A DNA stretch of 62,048 bases, the filler included, from Dugesia japonica (Eukaryota), in assembly GCA_001938525.1 (NCBI GenBank). It is 5 parts of 5 records of this genome, joined end to end, with 100 filler letters (N's around TTAATTAATTAA, not from the genome) between each part and the next. Parts side by side here need not be neighbours in the genome. Positions count along the whole stretch, not along the records: positions 11,507 to 24,412 come from MQRL01591916.1; positions 24,513 to 34,482 come from MQRL01631433.1; 3 more parts are not named here. One strand, 5' to 3'. The notes beneath the pieces were generated by a model that saw only the letters and a program-made list of their open reading frames with translations, made no database searches and was not told the origin of the DNA. Of the stretch, positions 12,023 to 25,757 are shown one piece after another. The translations under genes were made by a program, and so were the position numbers. The stretch's first letter is position 1. Each line of letters opens with the position of its first letter.

Positions 12023-12104
12023 AAAATTAAATCTTTTTGTTGTATATTAATGCATTGGAAAATGTTGAATATCGGAATAAAAAATTTGTTTACTATAATA
12101 AATT

Positions 12105-12238
12105 ATTCTATATTAATATCCTTTACTTTTATTCAGATTAAGTAATAATAAAAACATTGGATGATTTTTGTTCTATATTAATATCCTTTATTTTTATTAA
12201 GATTAGATAATAATAATTAAAACCTCGGATGATTTTTG
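12105..12238. repeat. About 65-bp tandem duplication
   Basis: ttctatattaatatccttta...ggatgatttttg occurs twice. Confidence 0.8.
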
Positions 12239-13439
12239 AATTTTGCATAATGAAAAAAATGATGACTCAATAAAATAAATCGAATAGAATAACAAAGTCA
12301 AAGCAGGAAAACTTTTATTTATTGAATAAAACAAGAAGCATTACCGTTTATGAGTAGCCGATAATATTGTAGCATTCAAGATAGCTGTTCTAATGTGAAA
12401 TTCCACTGGATAAATTTCACTAATGATTAGAAAGGAATATATCAATATATAAACTTGAATGGTAACTAATGGCCGTTTTGCTTTGGTACTCAGAAATGAA
12501 GTAAATAAGATCAATATCCAAATGATTTTGATTTAAATGCGAAAACTATGCAGCCTTGTTGATACTAAATCATGTAACTGGAGATTTAGAATTATTTATA
12601 TCTATGCTGTCAATTTACTCTCATACTGCAATGCGTGTGTAAAATTTCATTAGAATTGACCATGAATTTCACTACGTTCTACAGCGATGACTCAGACATT
12701 CACACACTTACTTATGCAGGTCTACAACATTTCGTGTGTANTGACAAAATTCGATATAGATACTACTTACTGTAAGTCTGCCATCAAGAAAAATAATTCC
12801 TAGTGACTGTAGTGATGTGGACTCATTATGCGAGCGATCAAGTTAAACCACATATCATGTCAAATATCCACATCTTGTGCCAAAGTAGTTTAGAAAAAAT
12901 CGTTAATACTATTTTGTTTATTATTATTCAGATAGTATTTCGTCACATCCTATGCAGTATCCTTACGAATGTTATAATGAAGAAAGTATCTAATCTTATA
13001 GTCGCAAACTATTATTCTTGATACGAATCTTCTGTTTGAATTACTAGTAGTAATCGCATTCATCATTCATAACTAAACATTCCCCAGAATTAGAATGCTT
13101 GTTATTATAATGTTCGCTAGTAGTGTTTTTATTCTCATTAACCGTATTATTATTATTTTTCCTTACTGTACTATTGTTGTCATTACTATTATTTTCACTA
13201 TCATTATTATCGTCATTATATTTATTGTTCCTATTAGTATTATTATTCTTACTACTAAGGTCACATTTTATTAAAATCACCAAAATTAATCCTGGCAATG
13301 ACCGTGTCCCGAAAGGAATTTTATCGCGTCATATAAATATTTTTTTTGTTTTTATTAATTTTATTTTTACGCTCCGGGTGAAGTTGAGTAGCAACTAGCA
13401 TTTCGATGAAATATTGACCTTTATTATTAATTGTAGAAA

Positions 13440-13625
13440 ATGACCCCAGAGTTACAGAGAGTTCTCCACACTATCAAAAAACAGTGACGCACAGCTCGTC
13501 TAAAACAGTTAATTGATCACTTGCTGTTCCATCGGATTGTCGAGAACCCCGAAGAGACGTACCTGAGCTGTCTTGCCGAGATGTTCCCGTTGGAACCAGC
13601 TACCGGCGGGGGGCCCAAGGAGTAA
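13440..13625 (+). pseudogene. Unknown cassette ORF1, copy A (61 codons, internal TGA at codon 16)
   Basis: MTPELQRVLHTIKKQ*RTARLKQLIDHLLFHRIVENPEETYLSCLAEMFPL aligns without gaps to 49443-49625. Preceded by the acceptor ttgtag. Confidence 0.8.
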
Positions 13626-13842
13626 TCCAGAACCGGTTATCATGGGCCAGTATAAGTGTTCTATAATAAAGCACACTACTGAGTCATTGTTTTATCAATT
13701 AAACCTTATAAACTTTGTTCATTTGTTGAATTCGCCCCAAAGTAAAATTTCGTCATTCCTTTAATTACTCAGTGATCTCAGGGTTGCCTCCTGTTACATT
13801 GGTAGATTATTCACTAATTTAACTTTCCCGTAGACAGCTACT

Positions 13843-14178
13843 GTGGGTGTGATGCGAGATCATTCAAACCTGCAAGCCATAGACGTTGACAATGAGCGGG
13901 AATGGGATGCCGTAGAAAGAAACGCAAATTATGCTTGGCGTGGACCTAATCGAACCCAAGAGGTCCTACAGGTTGACTTGGTTGTAGACCCTATAACCGG
14001 AGAATTCACTAGAGTATGGCGAGACGGACCCACTTTTCTACCCGTATCGGCCTCACACTTGTCTCCTGATACTCGCATTCATATTGATATGGGCGATACT
14101 CTATGGGATTTACGAAATAGAGCTAGTGGCGGGTTGGCCGAAAATGATGTTCCGTTCACACCGAATATCTCTTCGTAA
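13843..14178 (+). pseudogene. Unknown cassette ORF2, copy A (5' end unclear)
   Basis: Shares DNEREW, GP.RTQEVL, GP..LPVS..HL and G.TLWDLRNRASGG with 49803-50213. Confidence 0.8.
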
Positions 14179-14499
14179 AACCAACATTTTCTCTTTGTTT
14201 AATTGATGTTCTCAATAATAAATTTTGTACCCTTTATTCCAGTTATCTTAAAAAAAATTTTTTAAACGAAATTTCAGTAAGAAGATTTTTTTTTGTGTCT
14301 GTTTTCGAGTTACTTTCTCTATGAAATTCATTTCACTTTTAGATATATGTTAATGAGTAATGTTGTATTGTAATGTTGTAATGTTGTAATGCGAAGATAA
14401 ACGAGTAGATAATTACAATGATGTAAAAGAAAAGGTTTACAAGTTCGTAAAAAAAGAATTGACTAGAAGCCAATCGGAGATTATCAATGATATAAATGA

Positions 14500-17290
14500 A
14501 GAAGATGATTGTAAAATTCTGACGATAGAAGAGATAAAGCGACAAGAAATAAGTTATGACAAGATGCAAGGTAGACCANGTATAACGGTTGAAATAAAAA
14601 AAAGTAAAAGTTGATTGCTTGTTAGACACTGGAGCAAGAGTTAATTTTATGAGTTTGAGAATATTGGAAAGATTGAAAGAAGTCAATATATTAAAAAGTA
14701 AAGACAATTTAACATGTGCCAATAATAGTCCACTTGAAATCGTCGATACGATAATGGTCGAAGTAAAATTCGAGAATAAAAGCGAAACAGTTAAATTCAT
14801 TGTGGTGAAACAGATACACCCAGATCTAATTGGAGGAATAGAATTACAGAAACAGTTTGGATTCCAACTACTGAGAGAGACTAAATGTGAGGATACTAAA
14901 ATGTATCTTTGTAATATAGAAGCAAAGTATAAACGCAGTACAACAGATGAATAGAGAGTACATAGAGCAATAAAAACATTGATTAACAAGCCAAATGAGA
15001 ATTTAGAGGATGTTATAAGGATTTATAAAGGGATATTCATGGCAGACAACTGGGATATCGGCAGAACAACAATGGCAGAACATCAAATAATCACAAATGG
15101 AGAACCAATAAAAACAAAACCATGGAGACAACCAATGTATTTAAAAAATAAGATCGAAGAAGCTATCAAAAATTTGTTTGATAATGGCATTATTAGGAAG
15201 TGCAATTCGCAATGGAACACTCCGTTAATATGAGTTTGGAAAAAAGAAAGGAAAGACGTTAGATTGTGTCTTGATTTTAGAAAACTGAATGCAATAACAG
15301 AAAGGCAAGCATTTCTGATGCCCAATGTAGAGGAAATACTAGACAATTTGAGTGGTGCAAGATATTTTAGTACTATTGATTTGGGNNNNNNNNNNNNNNN
15401 NNNNNNNNNNNNNNNNNNNNNNNNNNNNNNNNNNNNNNNNNNNNNNNNNNNNNNNNNNNNNNNNNNNNNNNNNNNNNNNNNNNNNNNNNNNNNNNNNNNN
15501 NNNNNNNNNNNNNNNNNNNNNNNNNNNNNNNNNNNNNNNNNNNNNNNNNNNNNNNNNNNNNNNNNNNNNNNNNNNNNNNNNNNNNNNNNNNNNNNNNNNN
15601 NNNNNNNNNNNNNNNNNNNNNNTTTTAAAAGAATTCAAGAATCAGGATTGAGAATTAATCCGGAAAAATGTCATTTATTGCGAGCAGAAGCCAAATGTTT
15701 AGGATATATCATATACAAGAATAGAGTTTGAACTGATCCAACAAAAATTGAAGCGATAAAAAATTTCGGAAGACCTAAATAAGTAAAGAGCTTCAGAAGC
15801 TTTTTGGGAATATGCAATCACTATAGACGGTTTATCAATAACTATTCAAAGAAAGCTAGAAGCTTGGATGAGCTGTGTGGAAGTAATAATACAAAACTTG
15901 TGTGGTTGGAAAGTTGTGATAAAGCTTTTAATGAGATGAAAGAGGCATTNNNNNNNNNNNNNNNNNNNNNNNNNNNNNNNNNNNNNNNNNNNNNNNNNNN
16001 NNNNNNNNNNNNNNNNNNNNNNNNNNNNNNNNNNNNNNNNNNNNNNNNNNNNNNNNNNNNNNNNNNNNNNNNNNNNNNNNNNNNNNNNNNNNNNNNNNAG
16101 CTCATGAAAAGGGATATTGTATAACAAGAAAAGAATTATTGGCCATTTACTATTTTTGTAACCATTTTAAACTTTATCTGTATGGAAAAATATTTTGGTG
16201 AGAACAGATCACAAGGCGATCGCATTTATGAAAAAGACAAACAAGCCAATTACTCCACAGTTTCAGACTTGGATGAATTTTCTTAGTAGCCTAGATATGG
16301 TATTGGAATTAAGACAAGGTTCGAAACACACGAATGCAGATATGCTNNNNNNNNNNNNNNNNNNNNNNNNNNNNNAATGCTTAACAGATCATGAGAATCC
16401 AAAGGAAGGAAAAATAAAGACAAGAACAATTAATGGTATATCAGGTTCAGATACAGATAAATGGAAAAGTAATGTAGAAGAAATTGAACAGATAAAGAAT
16501 GATATAAAAAATGGAACATGTAAAAGTTTCGATTAATAGAAGATATAATAAAAACAAAAGATGGCAAAATATGGATCCCATCAGAAAAGAAAATTCAAAT
16601 GGTAAAAGAAATCCATAAATTATTGGTGCTTGCATGCACGAAAAAATTCATAAATTATTTGAAAAATGAATATGATATGGAAGAGTTAAGAGAAACTGTG
16701 TCAAAAGTAATTAAANNNNNNNNNNNNNNNNNNNNNNNNNNNNNNNNNNNNNNNNNNNNNNNNNNTTAGAACAAAGGAGGAAACTATAAAATTAAAGGCT
16801 TATGAACCATTTGAGAGTATTTATATTGATATCTGTGGGTCTTTCCAAGAAACTGTAGGAAGATAAAGATAAATATGTGCCATAATAGATAAATTTAGCA
16901 GATACATTTGCTTAACAGCCCTAGTTAAACAAGATGAGGAATCAATAAAGAAAACAATTATGGATAAATGGATACTAAGATTTGGTGCCACAAAGGAGAT
17001 ACATGTAGATTATGGAAAGATCTTTGAATCAAAAGCCTTCAAGGAAATGACAGATTCAATGAATATAACGATTTGCTTCTCAAGTCAATATCATCATAAT
17101 ACAAACAGAATAGTAGAACGTCAATTCAGAACGATCAGAGATTACATCAATACAACATTAAAAAATAAAAAGAATAGAAATTGTGCAGAGTTAATACCAG
17201 AAATCGAATATACTCTAAATGCAACAAGCCAGAAGACTTTGGGCATAAGTCCAGCAGAAGTATAGGAATTGGTCAGAGGTATACAATAAA
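14500..17290 (+). mobile_element. Ty3/Gypsy pol (protease-RT-RNase H-integrase), pseudogenised and gapped
   Basis: LLDTGA, CLDFRKLN, YFSTIDL, GLRINPEKC, RTDHKA, IDICG, HVDYG and VERQFRT occur in PR-RT-RH-INT order. Confidence 0.93.
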
Positions 17291-17429
17291 CAAAATAATG
17301 TTTCATTATCTTCAGAAGGCCAAGAAGTAGAATGAAATGAGTAAATTGCCAGAAACGATTTATAGATTCATGAAAAAGGAAAGTTTCAATGAGGCAGAAG
17401 TTAACAAAGCAGAAGGGATAAGAACAATT

Positions 17430-17570
17430 CAACCAATTACTTATCGTATGATAAGATGCAAAGGAGACCTAGCATTTCAGTGATAATCAAAGATGAATAT
17501 TTTGATTGTATGTTAGATACGGGAGCACGAATAAATGTAATGATCATAAAAGGAATTAATAGACTCGGTT
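17430..17570 (+). mobile_element. Second Gypsy protease fragment from a related copy
   Basis: YFDCMLDTGARINVM resembles VDCLLDTGARVNFM near 14610. Confidence 0.75.
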
Positions 17571-18334
17571 AAAGATGTTAAAGAAAAGCAAGGAACTGTT
17601 TAAACTATGGGTAACGGTGATCGGATAGCAGGTATTGATCATCGTATTTTATGAAATTAGTACTAATAATATGAACGCAATATTTACTTTTCTCGAAAAC
17701 TTCAGATTATCTAACCATTTTCCAAGCGTTTTATCCTTGCAGAATAACTTCCAATAGACTAAAGTCGACCAAACGATGCTGACCAAAGCTATTACTGATG
17801 TAACTCCACTCGCGGTCAGTATCATTTGACTGGTTTACTATAATGACTGGTTTATTAATGTAGAAAATATTTTAAATTAATTCATTGTAAACAAGTTTTT
17901 AAATTACATAAAAAATTTTTATTTAATAATTACTAAATTAGGATTACAAATACAAAGAAGAAATAAGAAATAATCACAAAATAAAATTATAAACACATAA
18001 TAAATTAGCAAATATAATTTTAAAATCAAAATAATAATAATTATTATCAATTCAAAATAAATAAATTTTACCCTGTTAATTTTATTCTATTGATTTTGGA
18101 GGGTATATTTGTTACAATATTACCTATTTCAGATAGTATTTTATTAGTTATACTTATTGGTAATACTTTTGCAACTTTTGGTGACATATTAATTACTCCA
18201 CCAGGTAGATATAAGTACTTTGGGACACCCTCCTTACGGGTAACTTTTTTATAATTTCTTATTTAATTTTTATATTTTTTAATTTTAAATTTTAAAAATT
18301 AGAAATATAAAAATAATTTAAAAATTTTTAAAAT

Positions 18335-18495
18335 AAATTCTGCCGACGGTGGAGAGAAGTGTCCCAGAGTGCTCACGTATACCAAAAGACTAAGTTGGAT
18401 ACTAACGGTCTTGAGTGTTTAAGACTTGAGACTAGAGGTGAAAGGTCGGAATAACTGCTCAATTTTACATGTCGGAAGAGGTAATGGTATGTAAT
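18335..18495 (-). pseudogene. Unknown GC-rich coding fragment, homologous to 61660-61800
   Basis: LPLPTCKIEQLFRPFTSSLKS*TLKTVSIQLS versus LPHPVSTVEQLFRLFTSSLKLLTLNNVSFQLS. Confidence 0.65.
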
Positions 18496-18777
18496 GAAAA
18501 CAAAATTGTTATTAAAACAATGTATAAAAATAATTTTAAATGATATTATTGATAATAATTTTACTTAGAATACAAATAATATACTGAATAATTCTGAATA
18601 ATATAATGAATAATACTACGACACAGAATAATTTAATTACTTAATAATTAAATATTAATAATTATTTTCATCCGGAGGTCAACCGTTTCCACGGGTGAGC
18701 AGCTAATAGTAATAAGTCAGAGATCATCTGATGTCGGTACATATAATATTATGAGTCAGGAAGCATCTAATGTTAAT

Positions 18778-18858
18778 ATTAATATTGCCCGTTGTGATTA
18801 ATAGTGATGTTAATATTGCCTGGTGTGATTAATATTGGTGTTCATATTGCCCTGGCGT
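18778..18858. repeat. About 31-bp minisatellite
   Basis: aatattgcc..tgtgattaata..g.tgtt repeated about 2.5 times. Confidence 0.7.
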
Positions 18859-19279
18859 AACAATATTTAATAATGCTCAGTGAAACTTAGCTAAAAAATC
18901 AAAAATTTGGTTAAATTAAACAACAATAAGGTTTTCCATTGATTTTCCATAGAAAATTTATAAAACCAATTTATTTATTTGTAATTTATTGTATAATTAA
19001 TTTATATTTTTAATATTTTTATGAACCAACCGATTCGTTGTGGCGAATTTGAGTTATCGCTACAACTTTGCTGTAGTAATTTCACTGTTAATTACAGCAT
19101 TGAAGTTCTCATTCTGACTAGTCAAATGGGTATCATTTTAATTGAAATAAAATGATGCAGATACTTCTAAGATAAGTTGAAAGAACTTATACGGATCGAC
19201 TTACATACCCAAAAATCTAGATACTTAGTGATGGACTCTTTCTGGAACTGAAAAATGTATAAAGTTATTTCTAACCAAA

Positions 19280-19393
19280 CAAGAGCTATGTTCAGTCGAC
19301 ACTGCTCACGTTATAAAAACTAATGAGGCACAGGTCTGCTTAACTTTAAAGATAAAACGAGATTTAGAGTAATTAACCTCGTATGTGCGTCGA
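19280..19393 (-). pseudogene. Degenerate 5S rRNA-derived sequence
   Basis: actaatgaggcacaggtctgcttaactttaaagataaaacgagat...gtatgtgcgt aligns without gaps to the reverse complement of the 5' two-thirds of animal 5S rRNA (ACTAA..AGG..CTGCTTA.CTT..AGAT..ACGAGAT..GTATG). Confidence 0.5.
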
Positions 19394-20899
19394 TATCTAA
19401 TATTAATTCCGAAATGAAAGTTTTTTACAAATGTAACAGTAATTGTAAAGCAAACTATAAATGCATGTATATATTGTATAATTACTTTTTGTTGTGATAA
19501 AGATTTTATACTTAATTTTTGTATTTTTCACATTAAAACTATATTGAACATGAATTTATTAAAAAACGAATTAAAGAGATTTATCCCCTGGAATTTTTAC
19601 CTGTTGCACCACTGGAATGTTTACTTGTTGATTTAAAATGATATCGAATTTAATCAATACACGCAAAACAAATCTAACCAGTGAGTACAGGATTACTATT
19701 TATATTTATCCAAATATTAATCGATCATTTGATAGATATGGATACTGAGAAGTACCGGTATGTCTTCACAAGATTGGACCATATATATCTAAATAGTTGT
19801 TTAATCCGTTAAATTATCATTGAATATATTCGCCCTTCATTATTTATTCATTCTATGCATGTATGCTTAGGTTTAGTAAGAGCATTTTGAAAAGTTTGAA
19901 ATTGTAAGATAATAACCAGTAAAATTTTTCAAATATTAATTTATATAATTAACAGATAATTAACAGACCTGTCAAATATGTCATTGATAGCAGAAATGTG
20001 ACAAATAAAAATTATTTTTTTATTATTTTTTTAATAGTGAATATTGTAATTATTATTATTTATTAATTTTTATTACTAATAACAGTAACAGCGGTATAAT
20101 TAATATTGTTCATAAATATTGTTCATTGTAATATATTATTTCACTGATTTCTTGGACGAATATATCAAATCTGAATCAACTTCTAATAAATATGTAAACT
20201 ATTTATTGTAATTAAGATATTTTTGTAAATTTTCTATTAAGAGGTTAACTGTAACAGTCACTACCAAAAATACCGAAAATATTAAGCACTAGAAATTCCT
20301 AGATTAATTCATTTCAATAAATAATATTAATAATAATAATACTGTTGAGGCATGGGCTTGATTTTATTTACTCAAATCTAGGGATTAGCCATACCCGCCA
20401 ATAATTTATTCGGTCGTCCTGAAACCAGTCTTCTCGTCGGTGACATTTATCGAAATGTGCAGGCGTGTACCAATTCTGCTTAGTTTTTTTTCTGTGAGTA
20501 ATAGAAACTCTAAAATGATCAAAATCAAACGTGATCCTGTATTTTTCTGCCTTTCAAAAAGAAGGAAAGAAATAACGATATAATGTTTTATTACATTTAC
20601 TATGACACAGAATACATTAAATAAGTTTCAGTTCTAGTGATGAGAATTGACTTCATTTATCTATTTCTATCGTACTGCATAAGGTTTTCTGTGATTTCGG
20701 CTGAGAGCATAATATCATTATAGATTTAGTTGAAAGCATTAGATTGTTTTAAACTTTTCTGAGTACATTATACCAAATACTTCCTGAAAAAATGTTTGTC
20801 AGTTTTCATTTATCGTTTGGAGAGCTTAACATGTGTTCATATCATTTACTATCTTGGAGAGTAACTTACATATACTTTATTTCATTGAAAGAAAATTAA

Positions 20900-21400
20900 G
20901 ATGAAGAAACGTGTTTAAAAACGATTAAACATAATTGAGCGTATATAAGCATATCTGAGAATCTTGGAATACATCTGCATCCACTGAGTGTATTAAAAAT
21001 TCTTGAGTATATGTAACCATAATAAATATAGTAGGGACAATAAACACATTCAATGAGATCTGATTATGTTAGAATATCTTTGATAATACCTAGTCTATCG
21101 AAGACTATGATAAGAGCATATGATAACTGAGTCTATTGAACATGTCCTAGTAGGTTTGATTAGATCTGAGTTTAACTGGCTTAATTAGCAAGTATAATCA
21201 AATCTGAACATTTTGGAAGATATCAGAGCATATTAACCTTGTTTGAGCACATCGGAGCGCATTTGAGTTGATTTGATTAGATCTGAGTTCAGATGAGCGA
21301 AATGAGCATTTTCAATCATATCTGAAACTAAAGGAATATATTTAAGAATATTAGGCCTGTCTTATCATCTTGGACCTTATCAAAGTTGGTTTATGTTTAT
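20900..21400. repeat. Degenerate repeat of about 10 bp period (atctgagcat-like)
   Basis: Recurrent atctga/gagca/gagcat words at roughly 10-bp spacing; judged by eye. Confidence 0.45.
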
Positions 21401-23442
21401 GCTTATACGAGCTAACAATCCGCATTGTTGTTTGCATCTACTTCAAATATTTACCGCCCGATAAATGTCTTTACCCTCCGTATCGGGATTGACCGCCGAT
21501 CAATCGTTTATTTACGTAATAAACTACGTTTTTCAATCCCATTTCAACGCAGCAGTAATACTACTCTTACCAGCTTACTACCAACTTAACTACGTTTACT
21601 TGTCCGTTACACCAAGGAAATCAGTACTATTCTTACGCGCTTACTACCAACTTAATAGCTACGAGGGCGGTAATATTTCAGAAAATAACTGATTTATTGA
21701 TGAAAAATCATTATATATGATTTTAAAACATAAAGATCAGATTTTCAAAAGATAATCCAAACTAAATAGTCTCACTACTTTTGTTGATGATAAAAATTAA
21801 ATGATTCCACTCAAAAATGCTCAGTCAAAATCATATACACACAGCTTCCTTTTAGAGCTATATTTTTAAAGCGAAATACACATAAAATCCATAATTTTAA
21901 TTTCATTTTTCAATGAACATACATCTACAGATTGTTTAATTGTGAAGTGTGCTTGGGTAATTTTAAATCTTTACTCTTGGAGTGATTTCTTTATCGATTG
22001 TGTAAGAACTGTCTATCCCAATTTACTGACTAGTATTTAATATTTTTTACTTTCTCGAAACTTCTGGTTTTACGGGTTTTAGGATAACATTTTCCTTTTA
22101 TCCTATATATTAACTAATATTGAAAATACTCAATTTTTGATTAAGTTGCCTGGCATTAGTTTGATTGAGAAGTAAAAGTTACGATTGTGTATTCTGCTTC
22201 GAATTCTCTAAAGTTAGATTTTAACAATGACTGTTCTCTCGTTGCACGATTACTGAGAGTATTTGATTGATAATTTTTGTCTTTTGCCAAAAATTGTTCT
22301 CTTATTGCCTACTTATGTTCTGAATATTTATTAATTTTTTTGCGAAGATTTATACTCCTTTTGATTATCTCATTTTAATTTGTTTACTTAATTTCACAGC
22401 CAATTCTATTTTCTTTTACAAATTGATTTAATTTATCACAAATTCCGTGAATTTCTTCCGTTATTAATGAAACCATCTAATAATTTGTTTATTATTTGCT
22501 TTCTCATAATTCATCAGTTTTTTTGGAATATGAAGTCGGATACATTTTAAATGTTTTTTTTCCGATATCAGGTTGTCTTTTTAATACAATCTGTTTATTT
22601 TTATTATTATTATTGTTTTTCAAATTGTTTTCTTTCTATTTTTTTTAATATAGTAGCTTATTCTCAGTCTCAATGATTTCGTTTGGTAATTAAAGCTATT
22701 GGTCTATATTGTAAATTAATTTGTTGGGTTTTGTCCCAACAATTCTATTATTAATAATATTAATAATTAAAAAAAAAGTATTAATTAATAATTTTAGCCA
22801 AGAGAAAGCGATTAAATTGTATATTAATATTTTATTGGTTCTATTAACATATGATAATCTAATTGAGATATATCTTTTTAATAGTTAAATAAATTAAGAA
22901 GGTATATCCTAGAGCATGTAAACATCCCTATCCCCGGAGGAGAAATTTTTTCAAAAGTGGCTACTTATTCTGTGATTTAAATTGATCGAAATTTACAAGT
23001 GGCTACGTATACTCGATTTTGATTGGTTGAAATTTGTATATATAAATACATGAGCGGTAATTCAAATTTTCGTATTGACTCTCTCGCGCAATACTTCAAC
23101 GCACATGTATCGCCATTGTATTGCTAGATGCGCAATGACGCGTCGGATCTCATGGTGCAATACCCGAGTCAATCGTGATGATGAGTTATTAAGAATCAAA
23201 GAATGAAAACTTGCTCAGCCTCAATTTTTTGTTGAATCAAGTCAATCATGGTATCATTCGGTAGAAAATTAAATACTACTTATACATTACCTAAAGTACC
23301 TTGATCATTAAATGCTTTGTTTTCGAGATATAGAATTTGACGAGATATAGGATATATTCTCATTGCAATTATGAAACCACTAGGGGACATAATGTTTTTT
23401 ATTTTTGCTACCTCGGGCCACGGCGAATAAGTAACTTTTAAT

Positions 23443-23790
23443 CCTGCTACCTTCCGTAATTGTGGTAGCCGTTTCTCAGGCTACCTCTCCGGAATCGAAC
23501 ACTGATTCCCCGTTACCCATTACAACTACGGTAAGCTTTGATATTATCATCAAAAGTTGATAGGTCAGCCATTTCAAGAGATTCTTCATCAACTTAATGT
23601 CGTACGATCAATAACGTTATCCAGAGTCATAAAGTTCTGTCTTGCCACAGGTTTATTTTGATCTAATAAATCCACCGCATCGTTAGTCACGGCATTCTAT
23701 AAAATATTAGCTCTAGAATTACCACAGTTATCTTGTGGCAAATATATTATATCTAATAAATTATGGCTGCTATAATGAGCCATCCGCGGT
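23443..23790 (-). pseudogene. Isolated 18S rRNA 5'-region fragment (about 350 nt)
   Basis: Reverse complement contains GGCTCATTAT, GATAACTGTGGTAATTCTAGAGCTAAT and TTCGATTCCGGAGAGGTAGCCTGAGAAACGGCTACCAC. Flanks are not rDNA. Confidence 0.92.
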
Positions 23791-23974
23791 CAGTTTATAA
23801 AATTTTTTGATTTTTTTAAACTTTTAATCCATTGCAAATCATTTAATTTGTGAGATAACCTAAATCCTTTTCAAAGAAGTCTCAATATCACTGTAAGAAT
23901 TCTTAATGTAGAAACATTTTTTATCCCAGAATAGTTTTAATTGAATAAAATCTCAAATTTTCTATTAGCTATTT

Positions 23975-24023
23975 TCATGGAACCCCTAAATCTTTTTTGC
24001 GGAACCCAAGTTGAAGAACACTG
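23975..24023. mobile_element. Possible hAT-type transposon terminus
   Basis: Reverse complement begins CAGTGTTCTTCAACTTGGGTTCCGC, similar to hAT/Charlie-type termini. Confidence 0.4.
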
Positions 24024-24412
24024 ACTTAGACCAACATAGGGACAAGTAAGTAAGTAATATCTATACAATTATTTATTCTTATTCAAACTAGGTTTTGCTT
24101 CATTCTCAGCAAGTTTGTTTGATTTAAGTTAGAAAATGATAAGTAAGAACAAAAGTGAGAATGATCAAGTGAGTATTATCAAACGTACTTATTATTAATT
24201 ATACTTATTATAATGTTTAACGTGAAAGTAACAATTGGTCCAAGCACTATCTTTATGTGATTAACCATAAAAAGCACAACTATTTTACTAACGTTAGCGA
24301 ACAACAGTGCCTCTGAGTCCTTATGAAATATTGTTTTAAAAAAACCATATTTTAATAGTAATTGAAGACAATTAATTTATTATTAGTTTTTAAATAATTG
24401 AGGAATTCATTT

Positions 24413-24512
24413 NNNNNNNNNNNNNNNNNNNNNNNNNNNNNNNNNNNNNNNNNNNNTTAATTAATTAANNNNNNNNNNNNNNNNNNNNNNNNNNNNNNNN
24501 NNNNNNNNNNNN
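24413..24512. other. Artificial scaffold spacer
   Basis: N44-TTAATTAATTAA-N44. Confidence 0.97.
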
Positions 24513-24619
24513 ATGTATATGCACATATAGCTTAGATATGGTGTCAGTCTTAAAACTTTATTTTCAGACTGTCTATATTTCATTAATGGTGAGTTGTATA
24601 TTAAAATTATTTCACAAAT

Positions 24620-25310
24620 AACAGGCGGTGAGATTTCTTTATAAAAATAAAAACAAATTCTCTTCATTTTTTCATTAAGCTTCACATGTAAATTTACTTT
24701 CTCCACAATTTTTAAAGAATTATTTTTCACACATTTAACATTTATAACAGAATTAATTATTGAAAAATTTCCTATTCTTTTTAATAATTCATATTTAATA
24801 ATACTACTTTTAGCTCCAAAAAATATCATTATCACTATAATTATTATTACAAAGTTACTTTTATTATCAACAATTTATCAAGCATAACACCATAATACAT
24901 AAATACATCATTACAAAAATTATTTTCAAGCCATTCAATATTACACATACATTTATAAGCATTATTAATCATTCCCTTATTGCTCAAATAAAATCTTTTT
25001 AATGAATCTCCCCGACATCTTCCGCTTTTGGAAATTGATCTGTCATTATGTCATCAAATCATTTAAATGTTCGTCGTACACAGCGACATTGAATTGACGA
25101 TAATCTCTTTTAATATCCCGAATCTCATACTATTGATTTTGGAAGAGTCCTGGTCTTTAACACTGGAAACATTTTACATTTGGACGATTATCTCAGGCAC
25201 GTCCTTCTTTAAATGTCCAAAATGGCTTGGATTTTTGTGTAAAATTATTGTCCATTCTCTTTAATCATCTTCCATTGAATATATATTATGGATACATTGG
25301 AATTAGCATT
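24620..25310 (-). mobile_element. Decayed Gypsy gag-protease fragment
   Basis: 25070-25210 is a diverged reverse-complement copy of the zinc-knuckle DNA at 11290-11405. Downstream FFGAKSSII..VKCVKNNSLKIV looks like a decayed aspartic protease. Confidence 0.7.
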
Positions 25311-25757
25311 GTGAGGTGTGATTATTTTTGAATGATTTAAGTTTTTATTTAACTTTGATTGTTCTTTTTATTGTAAATTAATTATTAAAAATTTTGAGTT
25401 GTTTAAATATTGTTGATTTGAGTTATTCAGAAATCGTGAATTTGAAATTATTTTAATTGAATATTTGAAATTAGTTTTTATTCGATTATTAATTTTCGTC
25501 TTTGGACATAAAATATTTTGCATTGGAAAAACTAATTTGGTTATCGTAAGTACGTAAGATTCTTGCATTTTATATCTGTATAATTTTTATCATTTTAATT
25601 GACTTAACGTTTGTAATTTGTTATCCATCGTATTTTGTAAATAAATGTGTTTGACATGCTATATATTTGAACTCAGTCAAATATTAATTATGCAACATAT
25701 AATTTTAATTATAAGTGTAAAATATCCTTACAGTTATAATTATCATTGTTAACACAA

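Noticed and set aside
13044-13398. Asn-rich and Leu-rich ORFs on opposite strands
   Set aside because: Products of a degenerate (TAT/ATT)n microsatellite.
14339-15346. Minus-strand ORFs of 216 and 87 aa
   Set aside because: Antisense shadows of the Gypsy pol frame.
11147-17290. gag at 11147 and pol at 14500 as one Gypsy element enclosing cassette A
   Set aside because: They are on different scaffolds separated by a spacer.
21660-23400. TACGAGGG mariner-like end at 21660 and a MITE-like segment at 22900-23400
   Set aside because: No matching second terminus or transposase motif was found, so the evidence is too weak to call.
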